Assembly: GCA_024626585.2 (NCBI GenBank)
Contig: JANKJI020000004.1
Location: 144,351,687 to 144,371,251 of the forward strand
DNA from: Ginkgo biloba
Lineage: Eukaryota; Plantae; Ginkgophyta
DNA length: 19,565 nucleotides
Reading direction: 5' to 3'
Shown: positions 1-8,658 of the stretch, piece after piece
How positions within the stretch are numbered: the stretch's first letter is position 1
Layout of the letters: each line of letters begins with the position of its first letter
The notes under the pieces: generated by a model
What the model saw: only the letters and a program-made list of their open reading frames with translations
Told to the model about the DNA's origin: nothing
Databases searched by the model: none
Position numbers and translations under genes: made by a program

Positions 1-861
1 TTTTGAATTTTTATTGTATCTGTTGCTTTTGCAGTCTCCTTTTTGTCTCCTTGATATTACTTAATAGTATGACTGCAAAATCTTTGTGTTTGCCCATTGA
101 AATAGTCCTGTAGTGGTTTCTTGAAATGTTTGTGTGAGGAGCTTGATGTTTGATACTATTGCAAAAGCATTCACTTATTAATCCAAGGAGGGCTGGGGTG
201 TTAGGGAACAATTTCTTCTGGGAAACAACTATATGGTTAATGATGGTTTATTTTGAATTTTAGTGATATATTTGGTTAAGGAGTGAGAAGGCACAAGATA
301 TGGAAACAATATCTATTATTGATTTACAAGGTACTATAGGGGCTTCTACCAATACATGGCATCCTAAATATGATTATATTTAGGGGAATATAGGAGGTTA
401 GGAGTTATATTTAGATGATACAAATAGTGATGATCAAAATCCTATGTAAATTATTCATCCCACATTGATATCCCCTACTATGTATAATTATCAACCCATA
501 GACCATAGTAGTATATAGTTATTAAGTATACCAATATAGAAAACACTTTATGGATATAGGTAGTAGATATTATTATGTATAAAATTCCTTGAAATTATAT
601 TTTTATGGATATGGCATGAATTCTTTGATAGATATTTGTACTTGCAATACTATATGCAAAGAGAGACCAAAATTAAATATGATTCAAGGAAAAATATATA
701 AGTAAAGATGCAAAAAACCTCAAACATAAGAAGAAAAGAAATAAATGACCATGTGGAACAAGACCATGGAGATTAAATAAAATTATTTTATTAATAACAA
801 AGTTAGAAATATATTATATGTGATATTACCAAGTGAGGTTTATATAGTGGAGTTGGAAAAA

Positions 862-891
862 CCTCCCTTCCTTTTCCCCTCCTTCCCTCTT
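862..891. repeat. 30-nt homopyrimidine tract with a 10-bp mirror repeat
   Basis: CTCCCTTCCT (863-872), a 7-nt spacer, then TCCTTCCCTC (880-889). Confidence 0.8.
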
Positions 892-1200
892 GAGAGAAAT
901 AGTTGTGTTCTTGATGTGAATGGTACAAATATATTTAGTACATAAAAATCCTTAATGAAAGTATTATAATGTATTAAGAAATTTATGGTATCAAATATTC
1001 CCAAGTGATTTCTTTATAAGGGATTCTTGAATCCAATATGAGAGACTTTAGGTGATAGTATAAATGCTTCAATTGGGATTCCCCCTTTTACCTTTGTAAA
1101 NNNNNNNNNNNNNNNNNNNNNNNNNNNNNNNNNNNNNNNNNNNNNNNNNNNNNNNNNNNNNNNNNNNNNNNNNNNNNNNNNNNNNNNNNNNNNNNNNNNN

Positions 1201-2265
1201 TCACTGCTATCTTTGACAACCACCTTTCCTTTATCACTAGTACAAACTACGGGTATTACACCACCTTCATTTGTAGGTTCCACCATGTCATCACCTTGAT
1301 AAAATAAAACATCTCTACTGAGCACAATTTCTCTCTTTGATGGATCAAAGAGTTTATATGCTTTTGAAGTTTTTGAGTACCTAATTAAAATACACTTCCT
1401 AGTCTTCGCATCCAGTTTCTGTCTTTTCTCCATTGGAACATGCGCATATGTTGTTCAATCAAAAGTGCATAGGTGATCCAAACACTGCTTTCTACCAGTC
1501 CAAGCCTCCTCAGGTATCACATTCCGAATTGTTGTTGTCAGACTCTTTTTTAGCAGATATACTGCGGTATTCACTGTCTCTGCCCATAATTTATTGGACA
1601 AATCTTTACGTTTCAACATACATCAAGCCATTTCAACAATGGTTCGATTCTTCCTCTTATAAACTCCATTCTGCTGAGGTGTATATGCAGTAGTAAACTG
1701 CATTTGAATACCATTCAACTTGTAGAAGTTCAGAAACTCACTTGAATTGCATTCTCCCCCTTTGTCACTTTTGAGTATTTTATCTTATGTCTACATTGAG
1801 TTTTCACCTCTACTTGAAATTTCGTGAAGAACTTGGACGCTTCTGATTTGTTCTTCAAGAAGTACACCTAGAGCTTTCTGGTATAATCATCGATTATTGT
1901 CATGAAGTANNNNNNNNNNNNNNNNNNNNNNNNNNNNNNGGTCCACACAGATCACTGTGAACCAACTTAAGCTTTTCCTTTGCTCTCCATTCATTTTTCT
2001 TGAATCTGTCCTTGCATTATTTTCCGAATGCACATACTTCGCAGATTTTGTCGTCCTTCTATATCATAGGCATAACTTGAACCATGTTCAACTTGTTCAA
2101 CAACTTTAAGCTAAAATAATGAAGATGCATATATCTTGTGCCATAACTTGTGCACATCCGTAGGCTTGCTACTCACTATAAGACCCTGCTCTTTTATTGC
2201 TTCCGCTGAGAACCTGTACAGTCCATTCTCATGCATACCTTTCTCAATCACTTTGTTCTTCAATG
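1201..2265 (-). mobile_element. Ty1/copia LTR retrotransposon pol fragment (GAG-pre-integrase, HHCC zinc finger, integrase core, SH3-like domain), pseudogenised
   Basis: Minus-strand translation gives, in copia order: KNKVIEKGMHENGLYRF, LWHK, CEVCAFGK, KLVHSDLCGP, a 30-N gap matching the expected ~10 codons, YFMTIIDDYTRKL*VYFLKNKSEA, a frameshift, ILKSDKGGEC, FTTAYTPQQNGVYKRKNRTIVEMA*CML, LWAETVNTAVYL, PEEAWTGRK, KLDAKTRKCILIRYSKTSKAYKLFDP, SRDVLF. It has several stops, and the catalytic E of the NGVAERKNRT motif reads K. Confidence 0.96.
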
Positions 2266-2271
2266 GAATAG

Positions 2272-2422
2272 GATTCTGTGAAATCAGGCCACTCTCCAAC
2301 AGAAGGAACATCGGGGGCTGGAAATTATGTTGATAAGAAAGTTATTCAGAGTCGGTTTTTGGTTCGACAATATAGAAAGCCTCCTTGGATACACGAACAG
2401 GAGGCTTTGCCTCCTGTCCCAG
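2272..2422 (+). CDS. Candidate internal exon of an unidentified host gene (exon A)
   Basis: AG at 2270-2271 and a good donor CAG|GTAAAA at 2422/2423. Only one + frame is open: DSVKSGHSPTEGTSGAGNYVDKKVIQSRFLVRQYRKPPWIHEQEALPPVP+G. It is GC-richer than the downstream sequence, retains CpG, and is followed by T-rich intron-like sequence. Confidence 0.6.
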
Positions 2423-3570
2423 GTAAAATCAATTAAAGTGCTTTTTATGAAATAGTAGTAGAGGAATAAGTAAATTTCTTTTGGGGTTCTGCAGGAAGTT
2501 GTTTCTTTTCCTTCTTATTTTAGTTTTGTAGTCCGACTTCACTACATTTGTAGTTTTGTGAATTTATTTAATTTATTTTTCTATTGCCAGAGCAGCATAA
2601 AATTAGAGTTAAAATGTACAACAATACAAGAGAATTCAACATGAAAACATTGATTCTAGAGGTTCTATTCATACAGATCATACAGAGCAGAAGTAGGCTA
2701 AAGATTTTTAAATTGATACCGAAGGGTTGATTTCCTCCCTAAACAACTGTTTATGTAGTAACTTGGATTTCCCCTTTTAAATTTGTAAAATAAAGGCATT
2801 AATATTATGAAATGAACCTTATGACCTCAAGTATTGTGAAAATTTATGATTCTTAATATTGCATATCCCATTAGCCCATTATTCAAGTTAATATTTTTGA
2901 GGTTATGGATTGATTTTAATGTACTCTTTGATACTCATACTTCTTCAAAGGAACTCATGAATCATTGTAGAAATATTATGAAGTGATAATGAATTAATAA
3001 ATCTTAATGCACATACTTAAATTAGTGGTACATTGTATGAAAAAGTCCCATATGGAAAGGAAAATGATGATGTGAAAGGATAGATAACATATTATAGATG
3101 AGAATGGATGGCCTATGTGAGGGACCACAAGGTAATATATGAGACTACTATATAATATGAGTGAAAAATGGAGTAATATCACATAATCAAATATAAATGT
3201 AACATAAATGATATTATGGATTATGAAAAATATGTATAATGTAAATATATAAATACTCATAATGATATCTAGACATATCACATCAGTAATGCAAATGCAA
3301 CCTAATATGAAAAGGGGAAATAATAGGATTTTGACCAAATATTAAGGTCTGTAATGAGTATAATGAATAAAGGGATGAAATTATTTATATATATATGCCT
3401 TTTTACAAAGGAATCATAAAGTATGAACAACCATAAATATGAATAACCTATAGTGAAATATCCTTTTTTATGCACAAAAATTACTAGCTAATGATATATT
3501 ATGCTATGTCAAGAGAATTCCATTAACAATGCCAATATGAAATATTATTTCAAGGATGATTCTTATACTA

Positions 3571-3880
3571 ATTGAGGGATATTATAGGATATCGGAGTTT
3601 AACCATTCAAATTACTCCACCTCACCTAAAAGGAAACAATTATTAAAAAATTTTAAGCCATCCTTATAAAATGGATCATGGTACTTTACAAGTATAAGAA
3701 TCATACCTAAAAATAAAAATAAATTAAAATCCATATGGGAATTGATATTTACCATCCTCATAGGCATAATATGATGATATACAATAAAAAATGCATATAT
3801 TAATATCTTATGAGAATGACATGATTCCTTGTAGAAGAAATTCAATTATTAATAACACTATCTCTAGATATGGAATACTA
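3571..3880 (+). mobile_element. Highly decayed LINE (L1-like) ORF2 fragment, start of the reverse transcriptase region
   Basis: Translates as ISEFNHSNYSTSPKRKQLLKNFKPSL*NGSWYFTSIRIIPKNKNKLKSIW, resembling the plant L1 pattern EFY..FW....LL..F......G........I.LIPK. Similarity judged by eye and weak. Confidence 0.4.
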
Positions 3881-4379
3881 TAGTAAGTGATGGAATAATA
3901 ATTTCAAATGAAAGAAAAAAGGCATTAACATGTCCTATTTTCAACTCTTTAAATGTACTAGTGTTATAAATTTCATTTAAAAGTATGTGTAATGAATACA
4001 TATCTCCATATATTAATAAGTTGTGTGATGATTTGAATATGAAGTCAAATGGTATTATTATCGAAATACCAAAATTATTAAAATATTATCACTCCTATAG
4101 TATAATACAATCAAACCATAAAATTATATNNNNNNNNNNNNNNNNNNNNNNNNNNNNNNNNNNNNNNNNNNNNNNNNNNNNNNNNNNNNNNNNNNNNNNN
4201 NNNNNNNNNNNNNNNNNNNNNNNNNNNNNATCTTGGAAATGGAATAAGGTGGTGATGGCGATGGAGATAATCCTAGTAAGGGTAAAAATAGAAAGAAAAT
4301 TTATGAATAAGACTTACCTCTTATAAATAAGGAAATATATTCTATAAGTTGAGGCTTAAGATATTCATTATCTAGGGGT

Positions 4380-4560
4380 AAGTGCATAACTAAGGCCAAA
4401 TCCTCTAGTGTTTCCTCTACTCAGGGTAAGAAAAACCCTGTCACAACACACAATACAAAGGTTGTGATTAGAGAGAATACTCAAGAAGAGTCAACACTCA
4501 ACCATTGGCTTATAGAGTTGATGAACCATTATGAAACTCCAAATACATTAGGTGTGTCTC
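4380..4560 (-). mobile_element. Possible LTR (R/U5-like) fragment inserted between the LINE pieces
   Basis: Minus strand reads ...TTGTATTGTGTGTTGTGACAGGGTTTTTCTTACCCTGAG..., a T/G-rich tract with GGGTTTT..CCC hairpins like plant LTR 3' regions. Inverted repeats at 4422-4427/4435-4440 and 4441-4447/4461-4467. Termini not identified. Confidence 0.25.
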
Positions 4561-5129
4561 CTTCTCTTAATTTCAGTTAACAACATGATTATTTTAATTT
4601 TGATGCAAATAAAAATACTATCTAGGTTAGATAATACATACCTAAAGTTCCAAAGATAAGGAAAAAACCACATTGATGGATGTCACTATCCAAGAAACTA
4701 AGTTGGATGTGAACCAATTATTAATTCATGAAATTTTATAGTTTCATAAGCTTTCATTCGAAGCCTTACAATTGAAGATTGATGAATTACAATGGGAAAA
4801 ATCCTAATTAAAGAACCAAAATACATCCCTTGAGGATAAGATGAAGGTATGTAAATCAAATTTATCCCCTCTAGTGATGGTATATCCCATCACTTCCATC
4901 AAACTCTTATAATATAGTGGGTTGCACAAACAAATTCACATAAAAAATAGTTGTAAGCATGCCTTTTTAGATTTCACATAAAAGGTGGTGGATGAATTGG
5001 TGTAATTGGGACTTTGAATATAGGAAATAACACTTAGAATGCTAAATTTTGAGTTATATAATTTCATCTTGTATTGAGGCATATTCCTACTTCATAAGTG
5101 AATTAGGTGTGTTTATGTATAAAGAGTTG

Positions 5130-5540
5130 TCTAATTTTTGCAAATTTATGGGAAAAGGAGTTGGATATTCATATCTCAAGTCAAAATAGGTTGATGAATA
5201 TGAAACCTCTTTTATTTTCAAAAGGGAGGCTACTCAAACAATTTCTAATTGCATGTTTTCTATCAAGAATAAAATTTTTGAGATTAAATATTTTCTTGAG
5301 ATGGTATCTTTAGAAATATAAGTCCCTTCTACATGGAAGGATAAATAGTTAATACCGAAGGAGGGTTATACTTAGTTAATTCAATCAAATAAAATGAATA
5401 TCATTAGTGTATTGCAAAATGAAGAAGCACTAAATTTTATTTAATTGAATGCACCCCTGTGGGAAAAATGCCATCATAACTGAAAAATAGAGTAGATTAT
5501 AAGAAACCAAAGTGAAGAAGTGATGGAGGTGGAGTAATAA
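5130..5540 (+). mobile_element. Highly decayed LINE ORF2 fragment, post-RT region
   Basis: LWEKELDIHISSQNRLMNMKPLLFSKGRLL resembles L1 W..LLDKI..RL..WK..LLS..GRL.L, and KPK*RSDGGGVI at 5504-5539 resembles PK.EGGLG. Same strand and correct order relative to the 3571 fragment. Confidence 0.4.
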
Positions 5541-6261
5541 GTCACAAATACTTATTTATAAAATAAATATTTAACTATCACCAAAAGGTCATATATCTAA
5601 GATAGATTATAGAAGCATCAAGAACTGTGAACCAATAACATAGAAGCAATTATGGTACAAATTAAAGATAGTTAGTGGTCCAGTTTCATACAATGGATTT
5701 AATAGTTTTAACTTCTCCAATGTCCTTAATATTCTAAAGTTGAAGGATAAAAGAGATAAAGGAGAAGGATCATAGGTTATGNNNNNNNNNNNNNNNNNNN
5801 NNNNNNNNNTTTCCCATTGTCTTCTTATTATGTGTATTATGATAGTAATGTGAATTCCTACTGCCTTTGTAGAGTGTTGATCTAAAGGAGTCATCCAAAA
5901 TATTTGTTTACACCCTTGTGGTTGAGTCTCCATTTTTGTTTATTCCTAAATTTTTGGTATTGTAACACAATGGTCGTTGTCATATCTCTATAAATTTTGA
6001 GGTTCCCATACTTGTAATCTAGANNNNNNNNNNNNNNNNNNNNNNNNNNNNNNNNNNNNNNNNNNNNNNNNNNNNNNNNNNNNNNNNNNNNNNNNNNNNN
6101 NNNNNNNNNNNNNNNNNNNNNNNCTACCCACAATGTCCTGCTTTCTCTTTTTTTTTTTTTTGTTGAATCCGCATTTTACAAATCTGAGTGTTTAAAAAAT
6201 ATGAGCATCAATGTTTGGCATCTTAGAATTTATGAAGTTGGAATCTATCCCATAATTTATA

Positions 6262-6320
6262 TTTTAACAATTATAGTTTAAGATATATCTTAGCTCATAG
6301 ATGACCGCTAATTGTTAAAA
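6262..6320. repeat. Perfect 12-bp inverted repeat enclosing a 14-bp palindrome
   Basis: TTTTAACAATTA (6262-6273) pairs with TAATTGTTAAAA (6309-6320). The palindrome TAAGATATATCTTA lies at 6279-6292. Confidence 0.85.
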
Positions 6321-6341
6321 ATAATGGATTGCTTTCTACAG

Positions 6342-6364
6342 CATTCAAAGACCAACATTGGTAG
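6342..6364 (+). CDS. Candidate terminal coding exon (exon B) of the same host gene
   Basis: Acceptor GCTTTCTACAG| at 6341 with branch-point-like CTAAT at 6308-6312. Joined to the phase-1 end of exon A it reads ...LPPVP-AFKDQHW* (TAG 6362-6364). A donor-like |GTATGT lies at 6396, so an alternative is a 54-nt internal exon 6342-6395 reading IQRPTLVDLSKGPEQEF. Three gaps lie between A and B. Confidence 0.45.
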
Positions 6365-7520
6365 ATCTCTCTAAAGGGCCCGAACAAGAATTCTAGTATG
6401 TTCCTTCTAAAATCCTGAGTTGAAACGTTGTTAGAACCTTAAATATTTCTGTAAGAAATAACTAGTTTTAGCTCCTCTGAATGTCTGTTATGAGAATTCA
6501 GAGATACTTAGAGAATGTTCATGTTAGAAGTGACATTTATTATTATGCCTATTTTTTACGACATTTTGAGTGTTTGAGAGGAATCGACGATCTATCTCTA
6601 GGTTCTTCAAAATAAAAATTCTCCACCTATATGTATTTATTTCGCATAACCAATATTTAATTAATTTTTGAATAGTGATGCATTAAACCAGCATTGATGT
6701 ATTTTTGTCATGGCTCATCATCCGTGAGTGGACCCTTAATAATTGAAATCTACATAGACACTCAATGATCCATTTCAGAAACCTCACCAAGCCTTCTTCC
6801 AATTATATAATCCTCTCAAAGTGGCATAAATCCCTCTCCCAGATGGTCAGTATTGCATTCTAAATAGGTACAGTATAGTTCATATTTTTTACACCCTATG
6901 CATTTTCATCGTTTAAACAAAAAAAAATATTATTATAATCAGAGCCATTAAATATATTTTCTTTAATTAGCATAAACAAAAAAAATATATCAAAAATATT
7001 ATATAAAGAATTAGGGATAGTGAGGATTGCCATCGCTTCTGTTCATCTACAAAAGTACCTATTGAAGAATACAATCATATATCATATCAACACTATAAAT
7101 TTACTAGAGTTTTATGCAACTAGAAATATAACGAGTTTTTTGGTTTACCTCCCAACTGACTTCTATGGTCTCTTGAGTGTCTATATGGTAGCCAGTCGAT
7201 ACCTAAATTTGAGACATTTGGATCTGCATAGATACATCTCTTGCAATATGAGAAATCATTTTATTATGCCCAAGGTTTCTCCTAAGTTTTCGATTTTTTT
7301 CTGAATTTGGAACTATGCGATTATGGAAAGTTTCCATTTTATATTAGAAGGAGAAGCATTATAATTTATACTTGTAATCTTTTATTTTTCTTTAACGTTG
7401 TTTATTTTTAGGTTGCTAACTTGTGAGGAAGACATCGTTAAAAATACTAACCATTTCATGCAGATACCCTAAGAGAAGATTGGCAAAAAATGGACTTAAC
7501 ATATAAGCATCGTCAAACAT

Positions 7521-7628
7521 ACTACTGATCTCTGTGATGCAACTACCTTGAAGGAGATTGTTAGTTAAGTTTTCAGGTTTAAAAATCAAACTACTAATCC
7601 TTGTGATGTAACTACCTTGAAGGAGATT
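7521..7628 (+). repeat. 39-bp direct repeat, 2 copies, 69-bp period
   Basis: ACTACTGATCTCTGTGATGCAACTACCTTGAAGGAGATT (7521-7559) vs ACTACTAATCCTTGTGATGTAACTACCTTGAAGGAGATT (7590-7628), 35/39 identical. Confidence 0.92.
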
Positions 7629-7761
7629 AAAAGGAAAATTTAATACACAAGCATCCTTTTTAACGAAAAAATAATAATAAATACAAAAAAAATTCAAAAG
7701 TTTTCATTTTTCTTTACTTTAGCTATTTTTTTCCTACTTGCTTATGCGTGACTTAGTCGTG

Positions 7762-7890
7762 TATGCTCTTCTCTTACATTCAAAGATGATCTTGAGAATT
7801 AGAAATGGTTATTCACCTTTGTGTATCCCAGACCCCATTGCATATGCTCTTTCCTTGCATCGTATAACGATCTAGGAAATCAGAAATGGT
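7762..7890 (+). repeat. 48-bp diverged direct repeat, 2 copies, 81-bp period
   Basis: 7762-7809 vs 7843-7890 align without gaps at about 35/48 identity, sharing TATGCTCTT...GATCT...AGAAATGGT. Confidence 0.8.
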
Positions 7891-8016
7891 GGGATCTTTT
7901 ATTCTATTTTCATAATTTGAACATCTTGGATTTCGTTACCGAGCATTGGATAAACCCTGTGTGCTAGAGGGGTATATAAATTAATCATGGATCTATCATT
8001 TTTAGCTAAACACATT

Positions 8017-8030
8017 TGGTGATAATATGA
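8017..8030 (+). promoter_or_regulatory. Decayed primer-binding site candidate
   Basis: CA-TT-TGGTGAT...: TGG lies 2 nt after the LTR-terminal CA. TGGTGAT is two C>T changes from TGGCGAC, a tRNA-Arg-type PBS start used by Tat/Ogre-lineage elements (inference). Confidence 0.4.
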
Positions 8031-8464
8031 TATGTGAAGTGAGGTGAGATTAGTCACCAATACCTAGGCCTCAGACAACACCCATGCATCATGGACTTGG
8101 GCCTCATGTACCAAAAGGTATATCGAGGACACCCCTAGAAAACCTATGTAGAACTAGAATAGAAACCATTCGTCCATAATTTGTGTAGAGGTGGAAGGAA
8201 CACAACATTCCTTAAGATACCCACTCGTACCCTTGAGGTATATTTGTCGGCCACTATACGGTTACACTCCTACTTGATTAGCATAGGTTTGTTATTGCAT
8301 GTGTGTCCTTGTTACCTTCCTATGTAAAACCAGTTTAAAAACAAAATCATGCCACTTTAAACATGATCCCAAACCAGATTAAATCAAGAACTCAATAAGG
8401 AAAATCATTTTAACCAGAACCAAAAGCCAGTCCATTTTAAGGAACTATTTGATCAGAGCCAAAT

Positions 8465-8516
8465 CAAATCCAACAAATCAACCGGCGAGTCTGTCAAACC
8501 AAATCCAACAAATCAA
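8465..8516 (+). repeat. 17-bp perfect direct repeat in the A/C-rich leader
   Basis: CAAATCCAACAAATCAA at 8465-8481 and 8500-8516. Confidence 0.85.
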
Positions 8517-8658
8517 GCAGGAAGTGGAAGGCTTAGCATCCCATGTTGATCCTTTGACNNNNNNNNNNNNNNNNNNNNNNNNNNNNNNNNNNNNNNNNNN
8601 NNNNNNNNNNNNNNNNNNNNNNNNNNNNNNNNNNNNNNNNNNNNNNNNNNNNNNNNNN

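Larger units (their letters stand above)
7422..8014 (+). mobile_element. Candidate 5' LTR (~593 bp) of a Ty3/gypsy element
   Basis: Bounded by TGTG (7422-7425) and CACA (8011-8014), contains two internal direct-repeat pairs, and is followed 2 nt later by a TGG-starting PBS-like motif. No second LTR copy is in the window, so the 5' boundary is tentative. Confidence 0.45.

Noticed and set aside
35-240. Exon after the acceptor-like TTTTGCAG at 27-34
   Set aside because: The sequence that follows is T-rich with early stops and no convincing donor or protein-like frame. It could be intron or UTR.
2994-3845. Hydrophobic minus-strand ORFs (114 aa and 77 aa) as membrane proteins
   Set aside because: I/F/L/Y richness follows from being antisense to A-rich decayed DNA, and no motifs are present. 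The same applies to 17565-17873 and 18247-18603.
6148-6161. T14 run as the poly(A) tail of a minus-strand retroposon
   Set aside because: No target-site duplication or SINE/LINE body is recognisable, and T-runs are common in plant introns.
7412-7645. Faint resemblance to ribosomal protein eS1 (LLTCEED...KKW)
   Set aside because: Too few identities, multiple stops, and the internal repeat and LTR-like termini explain the segment better.
7521-7890. CRISPR-like repeat-spacer array
   Set aside because: Only two copies of each repeat, two unrelated repeat types, no cas genes, and a eukaryotic TE context.
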